A DNA stretch of 64,000 nucleotides from assembly GCA_965112735.1 (NCBI GenBank), contig OZ218950.1, positions 1,116,001 to 1,180,000 on the forward strand, written 5' to 3'. This DNA comes from Phaeosaccion multiseriatum. Lineage: Eukaryota > Protista > Ochrophyta, other classes. Of the stretch, positions 1 through 10,687 are shown piece by piece; position 1 is the stretch's first letter; every line of letters begins with the position of its first letter. Made by a program: the position numbers and the translations under genes. The notes under the pieces are model-generated. The model searched no databases and had not been told where the DNA came from. It saw only the letters and a list, made by a program, of their open reading frames with translations.

Positions 1-87
1 GTCACAATGGTCAAAATGAAATGTCAATCGCACATCCCGGACCCTTACAGTTTCACTTCCAGTTCCTAACTTACAGTTTCCACTTAC

Positions 88-840
88 AGTCATCGGACAC
101 CACACTCGCAACTCGTAACCCGCCGGGCGAGTGTCACCGTCGCCATTTGTGACCTCTCCTATGCCCCCGTCCTCGCCCCTCAGGTCTGCAAACTCCACCT
201 CGCTGCCTGCAGGGGCTCGCATGGCCAGAACACGTTTGCGAGCATTGGCAGAGAGGAAGGCAAAGTCCGAGCGAGTCACGTAGAGGTTCTCCTGTATCAC
301 CAACTGTTCCTGGTGCTGCTGCTGCTGTTGCTGCTGCGCCTGCTGTTGCTGAAGGACGGCGTTCTTGTTCTTGTTGTTGTTGTTGCTGCTGTCGTTGTTG
401 GTGCGGGGGTCCTGTGGCCGTCCTTCCGCTAAGCCTATCTGGGTGAGGAGGTAGTCGCGTATTACGTCCAGCCTCTGTGTGCGGGGGGGGGTGGTGGGGT
501 GGCGTGGGGGAGGGTGGGGTGTGAGGCGAACGAACGCCACCCAAGATACACCAGTGCAGCCAAGACGATGAGAGTGAGTGGGTCGACGAGGGAGGTAGAG
601 GGAGAGAGAGAAGAGAGAGGGAGAGAGAGGAGAGAAAGGGAGAGGAGGAGAGAGAGGAGAGGGGAGAGGAGAGGAAGAGGGAGGGAGAGAGCGAAGAGGG
701 AGACGAAGAGAGAGAGAAGAGAAGAGGGAGAGGAAGAGATAGAGAGAAGGGAAGAGTGTGAGAAAGAGCGAAAGAGGAGAGAGAGGGAGAGACAGAGACA
801 GAACAGGTGTGTCTATCGGCGGTTTAGAGTGTACGCATCG

Positions 841-875
<35 letters not shown>

Positions 876-1727
876 CAGGTGTGTGTGTGGGGGGGCCAGT
901 TGGTATGGCAGAGACGCCACTACAGAGGCAGAGGCAACTCAGAGACAAGAGAGTGAAACTGCTCAAACTCCCTTCCCCCCCCGCCACAGCTCCTACTCTC
1001 CACCTCATCCCCCCCCCCCCCCTTCTCTCACCAGCTCGTGCTGCTGCAGGGCATTCGCCTCAGCGCTCGAGTGCTCGTCCTTCACTCCCTTGCCGTCGTC
1101 CTTCGGGGGTCTGCCTCTTCTCTTTGGCTGCTTCGGCGGCGGTACAGACGGCAGCACCGGCGGTGGCGGCAGCTCGGCACCGGGCATAGGATCATCGTCA
1201 GAGTCCACTCCGGGGCCTTGCCAGAGGATGTGGTTCTTGCTCTGCTTTGTGACTAGCCCGATACCTTCCAAAACGTTGGTGATGTCGTAGATCCGGCGCT
1301 GAGAGGCGAGTGAGGTGTGGAACGACGGAGCAAGGCGGTCGGGGGGGGGGGGGGGGGGCAGAGAGGGATTAGGAGGAGAGTGACCGCGCACCGCGTGGGG
1401 GGGTGTAAAGAGTTTCGCTTTTTGACAGCAAGAAAGGGGGGGTCAGTAGCAGTATAAGCGGCAGCGGGGTGAGGGGGAGAGAAGGGCCGGAGAGGGAGGG
1501 AGAGAAGAGAACGGTGGAGCTTGAAAAAAGGCATCGCAACAAAAGTTCCGCACCTTCTGCACACCGAGAGTGATGGCGGCCTGGTTGAGATCGAGGACGC
1601 CACCCTTGGAGCCCTTGAGCAGCCGCAGGAACCTCTTGGTCAGGATCCCAAGGCTGTTGTCAAAGCGCCCGCCCCGCTCGGAAGTGATGGGCTCAACCCC
1701 CCGAATCACCCCCTCCATAGTAGTCAT
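88..1727 (-). CDS. E2F: E2F-family transcription factor (3 exons seen: 1727-1554, 1298-1032, 474-88; probably continues past the left edge)
   Basis: The spliced protein has the E2F winged-helix signature [13 protein letters not shown]...LDLNQAA.TLGVQK|[28 protein letters not shown], then a coiled coil and a marked-box-like LYVT...[17 protein letters not shown] boundaries are in phase. Confidence 0.92.
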
Positions 1728-2046
1728 TTGCTCTCCGCTGCTTCCACTTCAGGGCAGTCGTGTCCCCTGGAGAGTGCGTGACGGCCTTCGAGTTGGTGCT
1801 GCTGCTGCTGGTATTGCTCCTCCCCTCTCTTTGCAAAACGCTTTGCCTGTCTCAAGCAGGGGCCTTTGCCCAGCGACTACTCACAGCGGCCAGAGGGGAC
1901 GCTTCAAGTGAGGAATAGAATGAGCCACGGACGGCAGGCGAGCAAGTGGAGCCCAGGCTGACAGGAGCGCTTTCCGTGAATAATGATGTGTGTAAAATTT
2001 CTCTATTGATGACCGGTTTTGGTGGGGCGAGATGCCCCACTCGGTG

Positions 2047-2106
2047 AAAGTGGGTATTTTTAGTACCCAATTTTTTTAAAAGTGGGTATTTTTAGTACAG
2101 TACCCA
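2047..2106. repeat. Subterminal 20-bp direct repeat of the Crypton, each copy with internal dyad TGGGTA..TACCCA
   Basis: AAAGTGGGTATTTTTAGTAC at 2047-2066 and 2079-2098. Confidence 0.85.
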
Positions 2107-2252
2107 ATATGGACCAGTAGCGCCCCTTCCCCCCCCCCTCCTTTTTTTGTGTGTGTGTCTGCCCCTGCTACAGGGGAAAATATACTACGCTATGATATGA
2201 CGATATAATGGTATTACCACGATAACAATGGTATTCATATTTACAGACACAC

Positions 2253-2576
2253 TTAGTGTCCGTCCTCAATCATGCATGGCTTACAGTAGTAGTCAAAATC
2301 GCCTTCCACAAAACCCTTGCTGTCGCAAAACTCGACGGTGCACATGTGGTGCACGAGGTTTCCACACGCTCTTTCGGATGGGCAGAGGAACAGCTTGACT
2401 TGCGAGGGCTTAGTACAGCCATACGAGCATGTGAAGGCCATGTCTCCCTCTCTCAAGCCGCCCAACGACGGCGCTGCTGACGCGGCAGCAGCGGCAGTAG
2501 CGGCCGCAGCGGCCGCATCAGAGGCAGCAGCAGAAGCAGCATCAGAAGCAGTACCAGTACCAGTACGCTGTTTTTT
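2253..2576 (-). CDS. PHD-like zinc-finger ORF in the -1 frame at the recombinase 3' end
   Basis: CSYGC...CPSERAC...HHMC...CKPC gives C4-H-C3 spacing. It follows an Ala/Gly/Thr linker and can be reached from the recombinase frame by a -1 shift at the A8 run (2571-2578). Confidence 0.55.
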   Translation of the reverse strand, partial: KKQRTGTGTASDAASAAASDAAAAAATAAAAASAAPSLGGLREGDMAFTCSYGCTKPSQVKLFLCPSERACGNLVHHMCTVEFCDSKGFVEGDFDYYCKPCMIEDGH

Positions 2577-5303
2577 TTGGGCCCCCCTTCCCCCACCCCT
2601 TCCTCCTCGTCCTCCTCCGGCTCCGCCTCCTCCTGTTGCAGCAGCAGCAGCAGCAGCAGCATTGCTGCTGCCACCTCCTCCTCGTCGTCCTCTGCACCGC
2701 TATCACCTCCATCCCCCTCCTTCGACTCGTCTGCACCAGTGCCACTTTCCTTCGCCCTCGCCCGCTTCGCCCGTTTTTTCGCGTCCGCCTGCTGCGCGCT
2801 CCATAAAATATACACGGTGGTCCACACCAGCTGATTGAAGCGGCGCTTGTGAGAATCAGAACGAGACTTGATGTCAAAGGCGTCTTTGACTGCGTCAAAC
2901 ATGCTTCGCGCTTCTTCAAGCGTCGGCTTGTCCTTCCAGAGCCCCTTTTCTTTCGCCGCGGATTCAATCGCACCCATCAAACAGCAAAATTTTGACATCC
3001 TTCGCTTCTCCGCCCTCCCCTGCACGTCTGCTGTCGTGAATTCTCGAAGGCGAGGAGTGCCTGTCATCCAAGCATCCCAAGCAGCGCGCACAGTGAAGCT
3101 AGGGACCTCAAAGTGCTCGGGAAGGGTATGCCACCGGCCGTTGTAGAGATACAGAGGTGGCTGATCTGCACCTGCACAAGAAGAAGAAGAGGGCGGGGCG
3201 CTGCTCGAACCCTCACCAAGGCCCAGAGTGCCTGCCTGGTGAGCCGCGAGAAGGTCGCTGAGCCCACTCTTAGAAAAGGCTGCGTCGAGGGTCGTCTGCA
3301 GGGCCCTGCTCACACCCAGACTGGTGACAGTGCCAGAGGCCTGTGCATTCTCCTCCAGAACGTCACGGATCAGCGTCTCCAAGTCGACCTTGATCGTCTG
3401 GCCCAACACCTCAAGCTTGCCGCCTAGAGAGGCCACGCTGTCCGCCACGACTTGGAATTGCCTCAGCTGCACGACGTGGGGAGGAATCCCGGTTGCAGAA
3501 ATCTCGTCCGTCTCGTCCGGATACTTCAGCACGACATGCTCTGAAAGGTCCGCCAGCAACCTTTGATCTCGGAAGAGCTGTGTCGTGAAAAGAGGGTGAT
3601 TCTCCTGAAGAGTGCTGCGCAGAAAGCCGGCGTGGTACACCACACTGGCAAGACAGAATTCAGCCACCTTCCTCAATCTCAGCGGCACGTCCCTGAAGCA
3701 GCTCACAATGGCTCCCGCGAGCACGTCTTCAATGCCCTCCTTCGCTGTGCCGTCCACCTTGAGGCGCTGAAAAAAGGGAGGAAGCAATGCAAACTCCTTC
3801 GCTGAGATGTTCGCCCCGGAGGCAGCCCGGCCCACATACTGATCTGCTGCATTGATGGGGTTGAAGTAGATGCCCTGGACGCCGGGAAGAGACCATCCCA
3901 TTCGAAGTTGCACAGCAATTGGGTTGGGAGCAGCGGACGAGCCGCTTGTGACGTGCGAGGCAGCGCCCTTGCGCCCAGAATGAGTGCCGAGGTCCTCTGG
4001 AGTCAGCCCCATGCCTTCCAAAATGGACGAGTTCGCCGCCGCCGTACGTCTGAGGAAGCCGCAATACCTATCGTACTGATTGTTGCCAGCGAACAGCGCG
4101 TTCTTCTCAAAACCAAAGCTCAGGAGGTAAACACCAAGCGCGAGGACGGGGCAGATCTCCGGCATGATTGGATTCGCGTAGACGTGGCGAGGATGTCGGG
4201 CCTTCTCTCCCAGCTGGTCGCCCTTTTGCTTCCCAAAATAGACGCAGAGCGCGTCCCCCTTCCACTCGAGATGATCGAGACAAATCTCCACACAGTTGGT
4301 GGCGCGGCACATCAGATTCCAGGAGAGAACGAGGAAGGGGTGGCCAAAGGCGCCCTGTCTGTGCCCGTTCTCACAGACTGCCGAGCTCAGCATTGCTGCG
4401 ATGTACACAAGCGAAGGAAACAGTGGCAACCAAAGACGGCGTCAGGGCTAGGAAGTGAGTGGGGGGCAGTCAATGCATCAGCCACTTGTCTCCACCCACT
4501 CCACTAGTTTCCACTGTCCACTGACTCCACACAGCTGGGAATTTACCTTTGGCAAGAGCGCGGTAGAGAGCGAACGGCATGGGAGCCTTCCCTTCTCTGA
4601 CTTCGACATTTCCCTCCTGCTTCTCTCCTGCGATCGTCCTCTTCAGCCCCTTGGTGAGCGTCGCAAGGTCGCTTTGCAATTTGCGGTGCTGCTCCTCCTG
4701 ATGGTAGTCTCTGTACAGATTGAAGAGTGCAGAGCGTTTCGACTGTGCACCGGCCTTGGATAAGCCCTTCGGCCCCTTCTTGACTTCAAGCAGCCACCCG
4801 AAGAACGCGTCGGCTGTCAGCAGATGGAACAGCAAAGGGTGCGGCGCCCGAGGTGCTTGGATCAAGTGTGCCTTCACCCGCTTCGTCCACTGCGCCTCAG
4901 CCTTCTTCTTGGCCTTTGCTTGGGCTTTCGCTGCTCTCGACACCTCAGCCGGCGTCTGCTGTGCCGCTGCAGTGGCACCACCCGCTCCGCCAGGTGCGGC
5001 GGCTGCTGCGGCTGCTGCTGCTCTCCTCTGTGCTTCCTCCTCTTCCCCATCTTCCCCGTCTTCCTCCTCTTCCCCCTCCGGTGGAGCAAATGCTGTCCTG
5101 AAGTCAGGGTCCAGAAGCTCCGGGTGCTTGCGGAAGAGGTATCGGATCAGCATCGTGGAGGCGCATGCATATCCACTTCTCGAGCGTGGGGCGATGGTGT
5201 TGTTTCGGGGGTTCTGAATCTGCTGCTGCTCTGCAGTAAGCGGTGCTTCTTCCCCCTCTGCTGCTGGTGCTTCCGGAACCGTAGCAACAGCGACGTCAGC
5301 CAT
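2453..5303 (-). CDS. Crypton-type tyrosine recombinase, 2 exons (5303-4547, 4395-2453), 899 aa
   Basis: A phase-1 GT-AG intron at 4546-4396 joins the two listed ORFs in frame. Catalytic motifs: WNLMCRA (R), KQKGDQ (K), HPRHVYANP..PEICPVLAL, GTHSGRKG (HxxR), LRMGW and GIYF (Y). The C-terminal region resembles the GCR1_C-like domain of Cryptons. Confidence 0.88.
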
Positions 5304-5623
5304 GGTATACTCTGTTCTCCTGCAAATTCACGTGGGAGATGCCCCTCCCACCACTGGCATCAGCTGTTACAGCCGGGTATCGTCCGCGCAGCCGCTGCTC
5401 CTCTTACATAGCTGCACTGTGCAAATATGCTGATGCTGTGAATGAAATAAACTCCACGTGGGGAGGGGGGGGAGAATGCCCCACAACCAAAAAATATTGG
5501 ATAAAAAACTTGAAACACGAGCATTCATGGCCCATAAAATATCCAAAACAATTATTTCGTGGGGCAGGTGCCCCACTTCACGGTACTATTAGACATACGG
5601 ACTACAGAGAACTCCTGCTATCC

Positions 5624-5639
5624 TCTTCCCGCGGGAAGA
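5624..5639. promoter_or_regulatory. Perfect 16-bp palindrome resembling a double E2F site
   Basis: TCTTCCCGCGGGAAGA contains TTCCCGCG on both strands (E2F consensus TTTSSCGC). Function is inferred only. Confidence 0.3.
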
Positions 5640-5854
5640 CCAGGGGATATCCCAGGGGTGGAAGTTTAGAGAAACCCTTGATCAAAAGTCGATATCGTAT
5701 TTTTTTTTCTGTTTTTTTCTTCTTTTCGGCTCCTCTCCTCCTCTCCTCACATTCACACATTCACACTTTCAGTTTCTTAGGTGATTCCTATTAAGTCAAT
5801 TGCCTTCCTCCTCCTCCTCCTCCTCCTCCTCCTCCCGCTTCCCCCCCCTCCCCT

Positions 5855-7437
5855 CTACCCCTTCTTCCTGGCCGTCCTCTTGCGCAGCGCAGCGTAGGCA
5901 AAGAGCCTTAACCCCACCGACATGCCCACCAACACCACAATGTTGCGCCACACCATCATATCCTCAAACCCAAACGACCTCAGCACTGTATCCCCGGGTA
6001 TAGGACACACTACGTCGCTCTCGTAAGCCCCGTCCTCGGCCATACTGCAGTCGAATTCACGCCCTTTGAACTCGTTCACAAGCATGCCTGTGTCGGGTGG
6101 AGGAGGGGAGGGGAGGAGGATGGGAGGGGATGGCAGTGGATGGAGGAGGGGATGTTGTAGGCAGTGGGTGGAGGAGGGGGTATGATGGCAGTGGATGGAA
6201 GGAGGAAAGGAAGGAAGGAAGGAAGGAAGGAAGGAAGGAAGGAAGGAAGGAAGGAAGGAAGGAAGGAAGGAAGAAAGGGAAGAAGGCAGGTGGGGGAGGG
6301 AGTCAGGGAAGGCCGTGGGGAGGACGAGCAGGACTTGTTCGGGAAATCGATTCGCCTCTCCCATCCCTCTGTCTCCCCTCCCCACGTCTCTCCTCTTCCT
6401 CTCTCTGCTCCCCCCCTCCTCCCGCACTCACCTCCATAGCCCCAATAGAGGAAGCTGCCGTATTTGAACCAGCGTATCCCCACAGGGATGCGGTCAGCCT
6501 TGAGGTAGAAGCCTGGAGAGGGGGTCACGGGATGACACCAAAAGCAAAGCAAAGCAAAGCAAAGCAAAGTAAAGGAAAGCAAAGCAAAGCAAAGTAAAGT
6601 AAAGCAAAGGAAAGGAAAGGGAAGGGAAGCAAGGTAGAAAGGGAAGAGAAGCAGGGTAGGGTAGGGAATAAAGGGGGATAGGGCGGCGAGGGAGAGGCGA
6701 AGTCAGAGTCAGTGCTGCGACATTGAATGGCCGGGGGGGGGGGGAAGACGAGGAAGGCGACAAAAGCGAATGATCGGGGAGCGTGCTCGACTTGGCCACT
6801 CTCCCTCACCCCCCACCAACCCAATCAACGCACCCACCCCACTCACGCACCCATACCAACCCACCCAACCACCCAACCACCCAACCAACCAACCAACCAA
6901 CCAACCAACCAACCAACCAACCAACCAACCAACCAACCAACCACCCAACCACCCACCCAACCAACCAACCAACCAACCAACCAACCAACCAACCAACCAA
7001 CCAACCAACCAACCAACCAACCAACCAACCAACCAACCAACCAACCAACCAACCGACCAACCAGCCAACCAACCAACCAGCCAACGCACCAAACTAACCA
7101 ACCCAACCCACCCCACCCACCCACCCACCTCCGAAGAGCAGGCTGCTTAGCACGATAACGTAGCTTATGCACGACGCCGTGGCAATGTCCGTAAAGAAGA
7201 CGCCCAGACACAGAGCCGCGCTCTGAGCCCACAAGATCTGACACATGTAGACTGCCATGAAGACTACGTAGGCCTCGGCCGTGCCTCTTAGGCCAGCGCT
7301 GAAGTACACGATGGTGCCAAAGAGGAAGGGCATGAGAAGGTAGATGAGCTGGTAGGGTTGGGGTGGGTGGGTGTGTGGGGTGGGTGGTAGGGCGGTCGGG
7401 GTGCACATGGAGAGAACACAGCAAACGACAACAGAGG

Positions 7438-7508
<71 letters not shown>

Positions 7509-9838
7509 GAGAGAGCGAGACAGAAAGGCGGCGGAAAGAGAGTGAGCAACGGGACAGGAGCGAAATGAGCGCTTTATTCTTCCATAAAGCTCTATCGCAA
7601 AGCATATCTCTCTCACTCTCCCTCCCCTCCCCTCCCCTCCACTCCCCTCCACTCCCCTCCACTCCCCTCCACTCCCCTTCCCTCTCCTCTCCCTCCCCCC
7701 CTCCCCCCCCCCCCTTTCCTCCCCTCCCCTTGTCTCCCCTTCCTCTCACCACATCACTGGATGATTTGGCCAGGAAGTATGGCCCCACTCGATAACTCCC
7801 GGTGGAGCGCTCCCTCGTCATGAGCCCTCGCTCAGCCGGAAACACTCTCAGCATAGAGGACAGCACCGAGAAGCTCTGCTGGATACATAAAAAGAAGAAC
7901 ACCCCTGTGATATCCTGCAAAGAGCCACTTTGCCACCACACCGCACTGACCAACACCACCATGACCACGAACTGAAACAGCTGCACGTTGTCAAAGGCAT
8001 CGCCCTTCGACTGCTTGCTCTGACGGTTCAGCAGCACTCGGTATTGGAACCAGAAGGACGTCTGCCACCGATTCACCACGCTACCGTTGTCCTCGTCCGA
8101 TTCTGCCTTGATTCTGTGGGTGTTGGTGGTACAGTCATCGTGTGGTTCGGGGTGAGGGTGTGAGGGTGAGGATGGAGTGTTGTTGTTGTGGGGTGGGAGT
8201 ATCCTCTCAATCCTCCACTCTCCCCCTTTCATGATCCATATGCCTCTCACCCTCTTCTCACAACTGGCGTACGCACCTGGCCTTTTGCAGCCCTTCTGCC
8301 GTGGGCAGGCCCAGAGCCGCCCGCCCCTCTTGCCCGAGTTCGTTGACATACGCCTCGAAGGTATCCGCCAAGCTCCGTCCTGCCACCAGCTTCCTCCCCT
8401 CTCCCTCCTCATGCTGCTGTTGGACGCCGTGGTCGCCACCACCACCATTGGCTGCCATCCCACCACCACCACCACCACCACCACCACCACCACCGCCGCC
8501 GCCGCCGCCGCCGCGGTTTTCTTTCGTTTCACCTTCCAAGACGCCTTCAGCTATGCTCTCCACCCCATTACCGCCACTGCTATTGCTATTTCTATGGCTA
8601 TTGCTTCCCCTCGAAGTCTCTGCCGGGACCATCGCATCCGTCGAGGAGTGTCCTCCCGCCGCCTCTGCGTCTGCCGCGCTAATGTCGAGGAGCCAGTCGG
8701 CAGGGTTGGTTTGCGGCGGTAAGCTCAGCCCACACTGCGCCTCAAAGTAGGACAGAATGCCGCTAACCCTCCCACTGTACACGGTTCGGCCTTGGCTCAG
8801 CAGCAGAATCTTGTGAAACTGGCGGTAAATGTTGAGCCTCGGCTGGTGAATACTGCAGCACACCACCAGCCCTTCCTTCTCTGCGAGCTCATTAAGTAGA
8901 GTCATGATACTCAGGGCCGTGCTACTATCCAAGCCGCTTGTGGGCTCATCACACATCAGCACGGCGGGTCCCGTCACAAGCTCCACTCCGATGCTCGTCC
9001 GCTTCCGCTCTCCACCGCTCACGCCCCTCTTGGATTCCTTCCCTATGATGGAATCAGCCACACCGCTGAGCTTTAACAGCTGAATGAGCTGGTCCACCCT
9101 CTCCTCCTTCCCCTCCATGTTCTGGGGCAGCCGCAGAAGCGCTGCGTACATGAGTGTATCTCGGACAGTCAGGTTCCACAGCATGAGATCATCTTGGAAA
9201 ACAAAACCCATGCGCCTCTTGAATGCTTTAGACATGGGTTTCCCACCGACGATGACCTGCCCTGTCACGTTCCGCTTGTCCACTCTCTGTGCGAGGACGT
9301 TCAGCAACGACGTCTTTCCGCTGCCGCTGGTCCCCATGAGCGCAAACAGCTCTCCGCGGCAAGCCTCGCCGGACACATTCTGAAGAATCCGTTTGCGTGT
9401 GCTGCTGTTGGAGAGAAATGCCGGACCAAACCCGCTCCCTTTCGTGTCTCCTCCTCTTCTTCCTCCTCCTCCTCCTCCTCCTCCTCCTCCTCCTCCTCCT
9501 CCTCCTCCTCCTCCTCCTCCTCCTCCTCCTCCTCCTCCTCCTCCTCCTCCTCCTCCTCCTCCCTTCCCTCCTTCTAGAGCAAGGACGTCTTCGTCGCTCG
9601 TCATGGCTGTAGGCTTGTCAAGCCCTTGCTCCCTATCATTTCCTCCAGCCCCTCCCCCGACTCGTTTTCGACGAGGCTGCGGAAAAGCGGACCGCCTCTT
9701 CTGGGGGGCCTCGACGGTGATATCATAGCAAATGTCCACAAAGCTGAGGGATGAGATGCTAGTTCCGCGACTCGAGCTTGAGTAGGAGTCCAACGTGGTC
9801 TGATGCTTTAAGCCAGCAGCACTCTGATGGCGCTTCAT
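5855..9838 (-). CDS. ABCG (White-type) half-size ABC transporter; exons 9838-8277, 8113-7750, 7348-7129, 6512-6432, 6087-5855
   Basis: Walker [10 protein letters not shown], signature VSGGERKR, Walker [12 protein letters not shown] and H-loop SIHQP, followed by a TMD (RERSTGSY...YFLAK, ...NEF). All splice sites are GT-AG. Confidence 0.95.
6855..7128. repeat. (AACC)n microsatellite in an ABCG intron
   Basis: Direct observation. Confidence 0.95.
9460..9562. repeat. (CCT)n coding microsatellite giving a poly-Gly tract of more than 30 residues in ABCG
   Basis: Direct observation. Confidence 0.95.
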
Positions 9839-9958
9839 CCAAACCCCCCCCTAAAAAAACAAATGACTAAGCAAAGCGGGAACCTTCCGTGTTGGTGATT
9901 CAAACTCACAGAACTTTTTTTTTTTTTTTTTTTTCGTCACGCCTTCGCCTATTCGCCT

Positions 9959-10640
9959 ATGCGTGGGAGAAGGGATTGTTGGTTTGTTTTGCTCACCACT
10001 GCTTTAGCAAGCGGGGGTGCTTCAGCATGGATATCTAGCGGTGCAACCCTGGGAAATCGAGGCAGAGCTTTGGGAAGGAAGAGGAATTGCAGAGCCGGGC
10101 AGGATAATGTGCTGGTTGCTCCGTTGGTTGGGCGTTCCGAAGATAGGAGCAGGACGACCTTGAGAAGCGGCGCCTGCTTGAAGCTCTCGGCTGCTTCTGT
10201 CCCTTCGCCTCCGCCCAGCTCTCCTGTCATCAGCGACCCTGACGTGGTGAGGGGGTGCTGAGCTGCTCTTCCTCTGTCTTGGTCGTCAGCTACCTACCAT
10301 CCGCTAGCACCTCCAGCACCTCATAACATAAAATGCGCTTCTGTACTCCCTCGCAGGTTATCATTGGCGCAGGGATTGGGGGCCTCTGTTGCGGCGCCCT
10401 TCTTGCCAAGAATGGCCTTAAGGTTGTCATCTGCGAGTCGCACTACCTCGCCGGAGGTTGTGCCCACTCGTTCGAGAGAGACGGCTTTATGTTCGACAGC
10501 GGTCCTTCTATCTTCAGTGGCATGTCAAGGTAGGTGCAGAGGGGGAGAGGGGGGCGCACGGCGGCCATCGCAGCACCAGCAGCTGCAGGATGCCTGACCC
10601 ACTCACTTTCCTCTCCTGCTTCTCATGTATGCGTGCGTGC

Positions 10641-10687
<47 letters not shown>

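Larger units (their letters stand above)
2022..5576 (-). mobile_element. Crypton-like tyrosine-recombinase DNA transposon, apparently full length
   Basis: Encodes a tyrosine recombinase. Bounded by GTGGGGC-GAGAT-GCCCCAC (2022-2040) and GTGGGGC-AGGT-GCCCCAC (5559-5576) in direct orientation, with subterminal repeats at 2047-2106. Boundaries are inferred. Confidence 0.75.

Noticed and set aside
499-1290. Arg/Glu-rich plus-strand ORF
   Set aside because: Antisense to E2F exon 2 and its (GA)-rich intron.
2453-5303. Phage integrase, integron or bacterial contamination
   Set aside because: The gene has a spliceosomal intron and Crypton-type motifs, and sits between intron-rich eukaryotic genes.
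2108-5536. TATGG (2108) / CCATA (5532) as CryptonS-type termini
   Set aside because: They are inverted rather than direct and only 5 bp long. The dyad pair at 2022 and 5559 is better supported, though not proven.
6709-7652. PTNQ/WLVG and poly-N/Q/C ORFs
   Set aside because: Microsatellite translations within ABCG introns.
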